In this document: positions 24,998 through 38,039 of the stretch, one piece after another
Layout: each line of letters begins with the position of its first letter
Position numbering within the stretch: position 1 is the first letter of the stretch
Assembly (NCBI GenBank): GCA_030704615.1
Contig: CM060733.1
Span: 30,442,001 to 30,506,000 of the forward strand
Reading direction: 5' to 3'
Length of the DNA stretch: 64,000 bases
Source of the DNA: Takakia lepidozioides
Lineage: Eukaryota; Plantae; Bryophyta
Program-made: the position numbers and the translations under genes
Notes under the pieces: model-generated
What the model saw: the letters and a program-made list of their open reading frames with translations, nothing else
Told to the model about the DNA's origin: nothing
Database searches by the model: none

Positions 24998-27353
24998 TGT
25001 AGATGCATATATTGGTACACTTTTATTTTCAGATCGTTTTTTATCATAAGACATCATGGACTTGTTAGCAGTGCGGGACAACTGGAGGGGACTCCGGACA
25101 ACCTATGACTCAGTGGCAGGGTCAAAGACCCCAGAGCCATCACCAGGGATTTGATTTCCAAACATACCACAAAATATGTGTGTAGCGAAAATACGACGAA
25201 TGGCGAGAAGCGCAACGAGATCTTAGTGGCCTTTGTCCTGTCGGGAGAGATCTTTAGGATTTCTACCCGGTTTTCGGAAGGAAATGTTGGTATTTCCTAT
25301 CCATGATTCATTGGTTGGAGCTCCATAACAGGTGGAGTGCGGGGCAACTAAGTTGCAATCATCCAATGAAACTTCTCCACTGGGAAGAGGTCAATATGAC
25401 TCTTAACCCGTTAGGTTGTTGTACACCTTTTATTGGAGTTCCAAAGGTAGACCTTGGGATACGGGGCAACGTCGTTGCAGTAAAGATGTGATTATTCTCC
25501 ACTTATGTTTTGGGTAGTTATTGGAATTCGCAAGGAAAGACCTTGGGATGCGGGGCACATAGAGTGCAGTAATCTAACCCACGTTGTAGAATTAGAAGTT
25601 TGTTGATATGGCATAAGCTATGAAAGCTATGACCATCCAATTGCCAATGTAGAAGACTTCATACATCTTCGTTACTAATCACGTATTGTGAGTTTCTCTA
25701 TTTTTCTTCTTCACCAAGTGAAGAACCATAGGGGTGAGAATGGGAACAATGGGATGGCTAATATATGCACTCTTGTTCAATGCACACTGTCGATCATTAC
25801 TTGTCTTTGTATCACAGAATATATCTGTGTTTGCTCAAAGCATATCTCGAGAAAAAGTAAGTGCTTGTTGCATCAAGCACTCCGCAGTATACTGATGCTC
25901 CCTGCATGGGGCACAACGACTTCCCGCACGGGGATTCTAAGCTTAAACCTCCTGCAGCATTCCTCGAAGAGAGAGAAAAGTCAGAAGCAGTGAGGGGGTA
26001 AAAGTTGAGTTGTAGAGCAGTGGTTGCTGCTCCCCTCACATGAGTGAAGGATGTTTGGCACAGGAAAACCCAGAAGGGCCTGTGACCTTTTAGCATTAGG
26101 ATTAGCATATGTTGGTTCGTCTATTACTAGAGTGTGGTCCTCTGAGGTTCAGAAAGTATCCAATCTGTCTCACCATGAACTCTGCGATCCTGCGAGTCAT
26201 GAGGATAGTTACCAGAGTGTGGTCCTCTGAGGTTCAGAATGTATCCAATCTTTTCCGTTGACGCGGGAGCTGCTCTTTAGCCCTCCCAGATGCTTCCTGT
26301 TTAGGAGCATTTAGGTCCGTCCGAGCCCTAGTAGTATAGAACCAAAGTCATTCCAAGGCAGTGTTAGAATATGATCATCAAATTGCACCGTGCATATCTC
26401 TCTTGCATCATCTAGGGGATTTGAACCCAGTCCGGTGGGGGAGAATGGTGGTTTTGAAGTATTTTTTATCTGGGAACTCCAACTCTCTCCGAAGAGGGTG
26501 AGTCGGGTGGTTTTGAAGTATTTTTTTGGCTTTTTTCTTTTACTTTTCCCTCCTCTCTCCCGGAAGACTTGAACTATCTCCGAAGAGGGAGAGCCAAAGG
26601 GAAATTACTCTTCATCTTTTTCATGTCACTTAAGAGAGTCGTTGACTCCAAGGGATATCAGTGATACCCGTAACCTTAGTAGGGGGATTGTGCAAACTAG
26701 AGATTCTGAGTTCTTTTACACTCGGGGCGAGTGTTCCCTATTGGTCGCCATATATGTAGATGCATATATTGGTACATATTTCTTTTCAGATCATTTTTGA
26801 TCTTAAGGCAGACAGTTTAGGCATTGTACTGCCAAAACAGGGCAATTTGCGAGTTATCTGGGAATCGCATCTGAGACGACCATGGAGGAGCTATGGCGTC
26901 AAAATGACCATAGGGAGCTGCATCGACAATGAGTTAGGTTGCCAATTCTGTACCACTAACGACAACATGCACTTGTTTGAAACAATATATGGCGACTGTT
27001 CCAGTCCCGGATTGCGATCTCTCTATTCTCCCGCCTTTCAAGTCCAGCAGGAGCACGCGGCGAGGAGTCTTGGCAATTGGAGGAAACAATCTATACAGCG
27101 ATGAAATATTGCGACAAAGCAAGTGCTGCATCGGAGCAAACGACAGGGTGAAGGAGCTTCCCGGCGAAGTTTTGAACTCCTCAGTGATGCATAGTGTGTA
27201 GGAGGAAACTCCAGATGATCTGTGACCCAGTGGCAGGGCCAAAGACCCCCTGGGGGCAGTATTTTTACTGCCAGGAAGCGGCAGACTGCCTATATAGCGA
27301 AACCATGGAAACCAACCAAAGGTGTGGCTTTTCTTCCCCAATTCCCTTGAGAT
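24998..27353 (-). mobile_element. Small non-coding LTR-type element or remnants (TRIM/LARD-like), tentative
   Basis: Diverged direct repeats start TGTAGATGCATATATTGGTACA at 24998 and 26755. On the minus strand the copy ending at 26755 is followed after 4 nt by a PBS-like TGGCGACCAATAGGGA (26750-26735, tRNA-Arg-like). Confidence 0.45.
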
Positions 27354-29547
27354 TGACCTTTGAATTCATTCATTTCATTTTCTGTTCAAGCTTTGTCCAA
27401 GAAGGGACCTTATAAGCATTGTTTGCTAAAAATCTATAAAAACTAACTCTCTTTCAAAGAGGATATATGTGCATCTCTATGTACATGTGTGAAGAGCATA
27501 GATGTGAAGCCCCAAGAGACAAGGCCTTAGGAATTTAACCCAATTACGTCATGGAAGTGAGGGTAGATGTCCATTATTATGTTTAAGGAGAGGGCGAGCT
27601 TGCATAAAGTGACGAAGCTCTTGTCAAATTTCCCTTTCTAGCTTAGTGGCGACGGCCTTATTGCATGAGAAAGCTATCGCCAAATTTCCATATTATTAAG
27701 TTCATATTTATGATTCATAAGCCCCCTGGCCATAGAGGACCATGGGAGGCGTTGCTAACTAGCTTTATAAGCGGTTAAACTATTTTGTAGAGGGCTGCCA
27801 AAAATGCAGAGCCCAGCACTTAAGTGCCGACACCTTAGGCGCCTTTGGGTTGGAGGTCAACCAAGGAGGTTACCTAGAATCGCCATGGAGAGGCGCATCT
27901 AGGTAGCGCGGCCTTCCCCCGTGGGGGGGTTTGACCCCTGGAGCAAAGTACGGGTCGCTGGTACACTGCGTGGCAGCATCAGGCGCCATAGCTAGGCCCG
28001 CGCAGGTACGACACGAGCGGCGGAAACGACGGAGCCTACCTATTACCCGCTGGACCCGCGCCGGCGGCGAGCCAGCCATGCCGCGCCACGTAGCGCTAGC
28101 CGCGGGGTATCGTTTTTAACCGCTGGATATTACGACGGACCCCGCCAGGGACTGTTGGTCCCTGGGACGGGTATTTTAAGGGGGGATTTCTCCCTATGCC
28201 TTTGATTTCTTGTACACTATTCATGGTGTTTTTCTTGCATGGGAATGAGGGCGTGTTTTAGCAAAGAATAAGAAATGGTTGGAACCAAGGATAGGCCCCA
28301 GTGAGGTCATCAGTTTGATATATATTCCGGGGCTTGTGAAAGCACGGCTCACGGGTAGATGCCATAGGCAGAGAGAGAGAGCCCAGAGATAGGGATGAGA
28401 GAATCCTTGGTGGGGTTTCACAAGGTAGAAGATGACATGTTTCGTTTTGGGCTGGTTGCCTGCATAAATTAATCAGATTATATTGGAAGTAGGTGGAAGA
28501 GGCGCAGGGAATGGACCTTGGGACCCGCTAAATGTTTAATCATTGTTTACACACCATGGTGGCGAGCAGATGAGAAACTGATGGGCGGCAGATTTCATTC
28601 ATCCTAGCCCGGTGATGGTTTAAGTTGCTAATGCATTCTTGAGTGGTTTGGTATAGGAATTTAGAGGCGCTCCCAAATGGAGAGCGGTTCCCCAATGCTC
28701 CCGACATAAAGGGCGTTCCCTTTGTACCTTGAGGGTAATTTAATTAGCTCCAGCATCCTACGATGATTCTCTATTTCTACGAATTTCATGCATTTGTAGG
28801 AATATTTTAATGATTTGTTCTTTATTATTTAGCGGGGTAATTTGCCTTTATTAAAGGATTTTATCCGGACCCCTTAACTTAAAAACGCAAATTTAAAGGG
28901 CGGTATCGTCCCCTTCCGCCGAGGATATTTGAAGTCAAGTACCCTGCCGCTGGGGGCCTTGGGCCAAAGAACGCGCATTGTTTTATTAGATCTCGGGAAT
29001 TACCTAGAGGTTTGATTTGTTATCATTCACCCGATGGATTGACCATTGAGGTTGAATTTTGGATTGCTCTAAGCAGGAGAGACTGACTTGGGAAAGCGGA
29101 TCCGGTCCCTTCCTAGGAGGTAGGACACTTATCTACCTCGGGATTTAGGGGGGGGCATTGGGCGAGAGATAGATGATCCCCGTCTCCCTGGGCTCGGGAT
29201 TCGTTTTGTGAAGGGATTTGAAGGTTCGTCCTAGCTATAAGCGTGTTGGGAGTCCAGGCATGTAGGAAGTAGTAATAAACAAAGACTTGGAAGGCAATTA
29301 CAATTAAAGATGTAGAAAACCCATAAACAAAACGTAGGACTAGGAAACGCAAATCGCCCTGTGAAGTGGAGTTGTTAAACTTTGCTTTGCCGGTAGGAAG
29401 TTAGACTATTTAGATCCGTCCATAGCTGATCCCTACACTTACCGTAGCCGGGTAGGTGGTTCGTTGAGCCCAACCTACACCGCAACTTGCCACGACCCCC
29501 TAGGCTAGTATGTCGTCACCCTGGCCGCGCGCGACCAGGGCTCGTCA
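27354..29547 (+). mobile_element. Orphan (solo or truncated) LTR of the Gypsy family at 42870-59000
   Basis: Collinear and highly similar to 42870-45119, with TGAC...GTCA ends. No PBS follows it and the flanks GAGAT/GGAGG are not a TSD. Confidence 0.88.
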
Positions 29548-30189
29548 GGAGGTCAGAGTTGACCACGTGCTGCTCCAGAGTTTGGTATCCCATCCATGAA
29601 TGTGGGAGATCGGGCGAGCCTGTGACTGCTAGTTGGAGTGGGTGCTTTTGATAGCTAGACCTCAGGATTTCTAAGGGTCTGCATGCTAACTAGTGTCCGC
29701 CGTGCTGTTGAGGGCGCTCGAGGAACGTTTGGTGTGGGGCTGAGTTCCAACTGGCATGGCTCCTTAGCTAGTGTGTCAGCGTTTAGACTGCGCCTCCATT
29801 GTGTTTCCTTCCAGTATTCGGGTGGCGTGGGGCTGATCAACTGTGTGCCCAGTGTTCCGTATAGAGCTTTGTCAAAATCGCGTAGGCTCTGTGTGGAGCG
29901 TGTGGGGTAGTTGGTTGTTCCATCCATGAATTGGGCTTCAACCATTCATGTATCACCGATATCCATTGCTTCATCTTGTACAGGGTCCATCGTATTGGAA
30001 GGAAACGAGGAACATGACGATGACGCAGTTGAGATCCGGTGTCATAGTGTTTTGTTTTTTATTCGTGTCTGTTTTTTAATGGTGCCACTGCCTCTGTGTA
30101 TACCACCACAGACAATGCAGAGTGAAGATCGGGCAAGCACAGAGTAGTAGTGGAGTACATATCAGCTGTTGAGGTGGGAGAGAGGGGAG

Positions 30190-31572
30190 TGTCGAAAAGT
30201 GGGAGAGAATGGGATTATCTCGGGGAGAGATCTCATGGAGGCTCAACTACAAGAAGATGAGCCCTCCTCTACACTCACAAGGGGAAAATCCATCCCCATG
30301 TCCCAAGTGAGGTTTGATACCTCACTTGGCATATGAGACCAAATGAAGTCCCAACACACAAAATACAAATATAAATATCCAAAATGTCCTAGTTAACTAG
30401 AAGTAGGTAATTCTAGATAACCATGACTAAAACCATGATAGAGCTTTGGAGCTTTGAAGAACGACGACAGGAGTGGTGCCAGGAGGGTGGTGGGGCCAGT
30501 GAGTTGCTGTAACAAGAGCGTGGAGGGTGGTGGGAGATAGGATGGTGAGACCAGTGGGTTGAGGCTGATCCAGGATGACAGGACGACGGGTTGAGGCTGC
30601 TCAAGGACGTCGTAGCAAGCACCCTTTTTAGATATGTGGTTCAATCAATGCTTCTGTGCTTGAAGGTGCATAGTGTAAGTAGATAAAAAAATGGGGGTTG
30701 TGCTTCAGCTGTAGTTGTCATGACAGCTCGCTAGGCTCTCAATCAAAATGACCTCATTTATTAGATTAAGGTTGTTCTTTGGGGATTGTGTCATTTGACT
30801 TGGGCTTGTTGGTGAGTGCAACTGAGTTTGTAGAGAGTCTGACATTTGACGGTCTTTTCTACAAAAATTCTCTCTCTTGCTATGTACACTGTTTAAACTA
30901 TTTATATTTGTATAGGAAGGCAACAGATACCAACAGAACCAATGGAGGATGGTTCAGGCGCCACATTGGGGTAAGTAGAGTATAGGTGTCAAGTGGGGGT
31001 TTCTAGGGGTGAGATGTGTGGGGCAATCTTCTAGAAAGGTCCACCACTGCTTGTCCGAGGCCACCGCTTGGAGAGGGTATCTAAATGAGGAGCACTATGC
31101 TCTCCCTGCCTCTTATTACTGACTAAGTTAGTACTTATTTTTAGTGGGCTCTGCATAGGCAGGGTCCTCAAAAAAGAAAAAAAGAGGCAAACATCATGAA
31201 CCATATCTATACTTAATTAATAGAATAGTTGATCAAGTTAGTAGGTAGTAAGAGGGGGGCCTCCCTTATATACCCTCTCAGGGTGCTGGGACCCTTCTAG
31301 AAGCCAGCCAACCTTGGGATGGACACATGTCAGCCCTACAAGACTCCCTATCTAAATTTGGCCGATTTAATACATCTCGCGTTCCTCCCTTTTTTTTCTG
31401 GACCCGTTGATCTCATTCCTTAATACACGTGGCATTACATAAGCCCCCCACTCTAATTCCTGGGCCACTCTAGAATGAACAGGGCCCGAATGAAACTGCT
31501 CTACATATTCGGAACTCTATATTTGCGGTAGTGAGATTCAGAAGAACATGAAATGCATGGAAAGACTTGACA
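30190..31572 (+). mobile_element. Possible LTR segment of another retrotransposon
   Basis: Polypurine tract GAGGTGGGAGAGAGGGGAG immediately before TGTCGA at 30190, with a candidate end TTGACA at 31572. Non-coding. Confidence 0.35.
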
Positions 31573-32216
31573 ACCCTAATGTTTGCTAGTATGTAGCCCT
31601 CAAGAAATAATATTCTACCAAACTGAGTTTGTTCTTTCCTATTGAGACCTCAACAAGTGAAAGGGAGAGAAATGAAAACGTTTCCAAAAAATACACAATA
31701 CTTTCGCATCCAGGTGCTTCCTGGCTGGTGTTTTCCTTGGAAACTGGAAAAACAAAATAAAATAAGAATTTCAATACTTACTGTTAATTACACCACAACC
31801 CGAAACGGTCAAGAGGCTTATTTGGTAGTGCCAATGAGTCCTTTACCCTAAAGATTTCTGCAACGTTCTTTGACCACATTTTCTTCATCGACTTCAACAT
31901 GATGCCTAAGTCTCTCTCTACGAGAGAGCCAACAAATTAACCCTTAAGTTCCCAAGCCATTTTTTATTTTTTTTTACCAATTTTGGGTACCCAGCTGCAG
32001 TAAATTGCCCCTAGAAACATACCAAAAATCATCCGGAGATTCCAGCCTTATAGCAATGGGCCCAGCTCATTTATGCATGACATACCAAAAAATGAGCCAA
32101 GTCCACCGTGGAAATTGTGAGATTATAGCGTTGGCCCAGACCTCAAATATCAGGTCCCCAAGAAAAAGTGAGAAAGAAATTGGTTTGACCAAATCAAAAC
32201 CTAGCTTTATCCAATT

Positions 32217-33494
32217 TGAATCTGTTTGTATGCTAGCCCCATCCTGGCGATCATTATTTTTGCCTCATAATGTGATTTCGGTAACGCATTCTCTTTAGGC
32301 AAAAATGAATCCTTTAGTAATGACAGGAGCTCATCCACAAACGCATTTGTACACTTGTGGGTCGTGCAACAATTCAGCAGCATCAAAGTTGCTGTCAATC
32401 TACTGTGATGACACCCTTCATACAAAGGAATCTGTGACTCACTAAATATTTTGTCGTAGTTTCCCTCATATTGTTGCCTCTCATCCTCCGTCGTGCAACC
32501 CAGTCGAATTTGTGGCATTGCCTGGTTCCTCAGTGCTTGCATGGGGAATGAAATTCATCTTTATTCACTTGACAAGTCGCGTCCCTTCTGATTCTGTCAG
32601 TTGTTTCAAAAGCCTCTTGCAAAGCACGTTGCATCTCCTCTTGTAAAAGTTGTTCTTGATCAGCTTCACCCACACCCCTCGTTTCAGGTGTAGGACTAGA
32701 CGGTCCTTCCTCCCCATCCGAATCTTCATCATACATAATGTGAGCCTGCAATTTGCAGCACTGAAGCATGACTCAGCAGTGCAGATACATCAGTAAATGC
32801 GAAATGACAAATCAATGTTGTCAGCTGGTATGCCTTGGGCCAGTTCAAATACTGTTCAGGAACGAAGCCATTTTTTGCTTCTTGGAATTGTGCTTGATTC
32901 ATTCACTTCAGCCATTCAACAATGCGCTTGGCTATTATCAATACTTATCCTTGTGGATCCAAGGTTGTCTTTGAGGTTCATCCTCGAACTCTAATTGCAA
33001 CGTTAGTCTAATCTAGGATTGAAACGCCCCCGTTAATCTACTTACTTGAAGTGTTTTGGTGCATGTGTGGAGGTTAGGACACACGTCACGCGATCGTGAA
33101 AACAGGTGTAGCCATGCTTAGGACTGCCAACGGCATAAAGTGTAGTCACGGCCATGACTACCCTCGGCCCCACAACCAACGTCTGTGAGACACGTGTTTT
33201 GTTAGGCAGTCATGGCGCTCCTGACTGGCAGTGATTTTGAAAAATGGGACCCCATCTTGAGCAGAGACATCAGGTCGGAAATGCGTGTGGAGTAAGTATG
33301 GAGTGCGTACCGGAACTGTAGGGTACCTCAGGTTCGGGTCCCTGCGATGCAAGAGGAGGTGATTCTTTACTGTCTTGCGTAGTTGCCACTTGCCACCATG
33401 GCACTCTGAGCAACTACACAACATTTTTCTTCAGGTTGTTTGCTATGGCGTAGGCGTCCTCAAACCTCCACAGGTTGTGGTCTCGCAAACTCAT
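32217..33494 (-). pseudogene. CACTA/EnSpm TnpD transposase, N-terminal part, truncated
   Basis: Transposase-associated domain LCSCSECHGGKWQLRKTVKNHLLLHRRDP, then PLYEGCHHSRLTATLMLLN..HKCTNAFVDELLSLLKDSFLPKENALPKSHYEAK..MGLAYKQI. It breaks off at ~32217, just before the expected HACxxxC motif, and has frameshifts. Confidence 0.9.
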
Positions 33495-35115
33495 TCTCCG
33501 CCTATCCCCTGTCACACTCGACCCCCCCCCCCCCCCCCCCCCCTCTGTACATCTTGATCGTCGTGTTGCGTTTAGGGAGGCATGTGCTCATGCGATGGTC
33601 AAGCACACGCCACTGCACCCATTACCGACTATGAGAGGCTAAGAGAAGCTAACATTGCTCGCATCAAGCTCGTTGAAGCGGAGCTGCTGAAAGACATAGG
33701 ACAGTGAGTTCACATTGAACTATCAAAGTCACTCTTTCCGTAGAGGTTTGCAGCTTGCGGAGGTTGATTTCATGCAATGTAGGTAGCTTTGTGAGTTCCT
33801 AAGACACCATGAAGAGGATGAGATGAGTGAGAGCGTAGTGTAGGTTATGCTCGCATGGTGGAGTGAGCGGGAGATCGCCGCATGTTGCGGGTCGTGAAAG
33901 TGGCTACACTTTAGGGTTGAGGGGTGCATTAGTTCGTCATCTCCTCCATTATGTTTTCTTTGTCATGTTACACTCAGGGGAACTAGTGGTTGCTTTAGGG
34001 TTTACAACACCTTCCATGGGGCGTCCAATGCAGGATTGTGGGAGAGAAGCCAAAGCGTGCAAGACAACGGCCACCAGCCCGCCCCTCTGGTCCCCCAAGA
34101 CGCAGTGGAAGAATAGAGTCCATGGCCCCCCCCACACGGAGATATGCAATTGATGATGACGATGACGACGACCTCTGTGTGCCTACAATGGAGCACATCG
34201 AGGACTCCGACGAAGACATGCCCGGCGGTGATCCTGCCCTAGCCACCATCTCGCACAAACGCCCAGCAGCTGCGGAGTCTCCATCTGTAAGTACCCAGCT
34301 CAGTGTACGTCATGTGTAAGTATCCAGCCAGGTAGGAAAACTGCCCGTCCACAGTTGCATTGCCGCAATGTTGCATTGCCCCAATTTTGAAAGTACTTGC
34401 CAAGTACTATATGGGAAAGGAAGGAAATGAAATGAAATGAAATGAAATGGTACTTTATAACATCTGCGGAAAAGTCATAGAGCTTGTGGGACAAAATGGA
34501 AGAAAACATGAGAGAGGAACAAATCCTGAAACCACAATTAATGTTCTAGCGATTGTGTAAGGGTGAAGGCCTCGTGCAGGTAGGCTGCCAAGCATTTCTG
34601 ATCCTCATAGTGGAAGACATTAGTGAGAGTTTGGGTTCCACTGAATAAAGTAAAAAAGTATGACGCCTTCCGAAGGGAGCGTAACCACATCCAACGTGGT
34701 ATGTGCCCATTACCACTGGGCTGTTGGTTGTCTGGAAAGGAAGAATACATACCCTATTACAGGGGGGCAAACACAGTGCATGAGAATATGGTGGTTGCAT
34801 TTGCCAAAAAGAAGCAATTGAATTGACCTCTCTAGCATTCCAGGGGGAAGAGGCATTGGTAGCATGCCAAAAGAGGGTGAAAGCCAACCATTCCCTAAAA
34901 CCATGCACCGGACGCGTAACAAAAGTGAGGCCTATTGCATTTGGTCGATTTTCTGCCCAAGACTTGCATGACTTCTTGGTAAATGGCACCTGATTTCTAT
35001 TTTGTCATTGTATGATCCTCATTACCAATGTGCTTCCCTGGTGGTTGTGTGAGGGCTGAGTTTTTTGCCAATTGTCTAGGGAGTTTTGACCAGCATTGTG
35101 TTGTGTGTTGCACAG

Positions 35116-36091
35116 GCGAGGAAGAAGCGTGCAGCGGTTGGTGGACCCAGCGCTGCCACACAGGGAAACCCATCAGGGCATGGTTTGCTGAAACAGGTGA
35201 ACCCTCCTGTTGGCAAGACTCCACCCTCCAAACGGCCTCCCACCCGGCCTCTTGCCAGTTATCCTCCATTTACACATTACCCTCATGCTTTTCCCCATCC
35301 GACACACTATGACCCTCACTCTCAGTACCCCCGATCCCCATCTGGTTATGCAGAGCAGGCCTATGGCCATTCTCCACCACCTCGTCCTTCTTTCCAGCAA
35401 CTGCCTCATAGCTACCCTCAACCTGCAATGCGACCGCCATACCCACCCTATGCCCCTTACCCTGGGCCCTATGTCACATCTCCCCAGCTCCAGTCACAGC
35501 CCCCACTGGATGAAGTCCCTAGTGATATCCCCGAGCCCCCGATTGAAATGTCCAAGAAGGACAGAGCCAATGCACTGCGGCGTCAGAACCGTAGAGCAAA
35601 GGCAGCGGCAACAAAGGTGAAAGTGGAGAGGGAGCAGCTTGGCCTTCCCTCGCAGATCGTTGTTGTCAACAAGTTTGGGGAGCCAGTAGGCCCTTCTCGC
35701 AATTCTTGGCATGCAGCTCTTAAAGGGCAGATGTTTCGATTGTGTGACTTATCACTAGCCATTCAAGAGCAAGATGAGGAGGACATTAAGGCAGGTCCAG
35801 CACGTGCTGGCGTCCACTTTTTCATACACTCCACGCAGTCTGGACTACGAGCACATGCGACACACCATTGGCAAAGCTTTGAAGACACAACGAAGTGAAC
35901 TGTATGCAAAGTTTAAGGCAGGGGAGGGCAGACCTTTGTACGTGGACGAAGGGCAATGGACCAGGCTTGTTGCGTACTGGTCAACCCCAAATTTCAGCAC
36001 CATATCAACCAAGATGAAGAAGGCAAATTTGTGTATACAGAATCCATCAAAAATTGGTCGTGGTGGGAAGACATTTGTGGACGCACGTCTG
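35116..36091 (+). pseudogene. CACTA TnpA/Ptta-like protein (Pro-rich N-terminus), frameshifted
   Basis: RPLYVDEGQWTRLVAYWSTPNFSTISTKMKKANLCIQNPSKIGRGG is typical of the plant Ptta/En/Spm second ORF. Acceptor at ~35115, donor GTAAGT at 36092, frameshift at ~35790. Possible further small exons lie at 37354-37811. Confidence 0.8.
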
Positions 36092-36334
36092 GTAAGTTAT
36101 TGATCACATCCCCTGGCACAAACTATTGCTAAGGTACTTCAACAGTATGATATGTGGCATCAATTCAACAACCAGACCTGCAATTTGATTTATTTCTTCA
36201 ACTCGACTGGTTGATTGATTGGTTTACTGACTGATTGATGGTTGATTGGTTTACTGATTGATTTAATTCTTGAACACGACTGGTTTGTCTTTCTGCTCCG
36301 AGTTTAAATATCAGCCAATTACCCAGGGTAGCTA

Positions 36335-37146
36335 TACAACAGATCGTGTATTTATGACTGTATATATTACTATTCTGCAGTCATAAACGGTACATATGAC
36401 TTCTATGACTGTAAGTCGTGCAAACCAAGTCAATACAATGAGTACAACGGATGACTACAGTCATATAAACCAAGTGATATCTCTCACTGCAGTCATATAT
36501 ACCATACTGCAGCCGCCGCTGCCGCTGCCGCGCCACGAGAAGCAATTGATTTAAAAAATTAAATTAAATTAAAAAACTAAAAAAATGAAAACATATGTCA
36601 AATGCCACGTGGCATAATGCATTTTATAATAATGAAAAAACCACGTGGCAATCCATCTAGGGTACCACGTGCTATCCCTAGCTCTCCTACTAACCCTAGG
36701 GCCATCTCATCCATTTGATTGTACTTAGAAGAGTTTGAACCTGCAACCTCTTTACTATAAGAGTTATAGTTCACTACCTGTTAACCAATACACCCATTAG
36801 TCATTCATATGATCATATGGTGTTTTAATTGTATTATACACACCAAATTACAAAATCCCTAGTAGTCATCATGACTATGTAACCTCATCCATGTACATTG
36901 TAGTCATGGAAATGACTATGAATGGTGAGCTAAATCTGGTCAATTGTCGTTGACCAACCTTCCGCCCATTCCGGAGCCATGTAGTCATACAAACAACTAT
37001 TTAGATAGTCGTTCATATGACTACAGTCGTATGAAAGACTGCGGGAGGTCAATTTCATATAAAAACATGGTGCAGTCATGGTCAAAGTCATGAAAACCAT
37101 AACTACCACGGTTTGGCAGTCATAACTACCGCGATCTGTTGTAGTG
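36335..37146 (-). mobile_element. Second copy (inverted) of the 9595-10444 non-autonomous CACTA element
   Basis: Reverse-complement collinear with 9595-10444. The right end GCGATCTGTTGTAGTG is intact and the left terminal bases are damaged. Confidence 0.92.
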
Positions 37147-38039
37147 GCCCTTCAGGCCATCCTTAAGGTCCTCGCCTTTTTCCGACTGACGCATTCAGGG
37201 AAGTTTAAGGCCTAACCTGATTTTGCTAGGACATTTAATGTGCTTCCAACTTGCCCTTAGCCACTTCAGCCTCCAAATCAGCTTCATCTACCATGCTCAG
37301 TGTTGCCTGCCTAATATTTGTTTCATTGAGAATCTCTTTTGCTCGATATTGCAGGTGCTTGATTTGTTTAACAAGATGGTCTTTCTTCTGCGAAATAGAG
37401 TGGATCATCTTAAGGTATTTGGTATTTCAGCTGGCGCTGACATCTGACCCAAATGTCAGGATACTTTACAACGTCCTTGGAAAGCTCAAAGAGCTTATGG
37501 GACAGGATAAGGCATGCATGAAAGAAGAAAAGAGAGTGCCTTGTACCAAATGAGAGGGTCTCTCTCTGTCTAGGTGGTTTTTGATGCTCCTAGACATCTT
37601 GCAAGTCTGATATGGTAGGTTTGTGTCATTGCGTGAAGGCTTTCATTGTCTCAGGATGTTATATCATGTTATGTTAGTAAATTGTCATACATTACGTGGC
37701 TGCATTTTGACTTTGCTGGCTGATTTGCAGGAAGCCCATTGCGGGCGATCAGTCGAGCTGCAAGAAATCCAGGAGTTGTCTGTGAGCAAAACAATGACAT
37801 CAGAGAGAATGGTGAGTTGTTTGTAAATCTCAACTCAGTTGCAAATGAGTCTGAGTGAAGCTGTGGAATGAATGGATGAGTTGATGGAATCCGATAGATT
37901 GCTGAAGCAAACTGATACATAATTACCAATAGTAAGGTAACTAGCTAACATGAATGCGGGAAGGAAAACAAATAGGAAACACCCCCATGATACACTAGTT
38001 GTAGGTCATGACTGATGTTCTGAGCGGGCTGAGTGCTTA

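Noticed and set aside
29655-30147. ORFs next to the orphan LTR
   Set aside because: No recognisable motifs; likely a retroelement 3' internal region.
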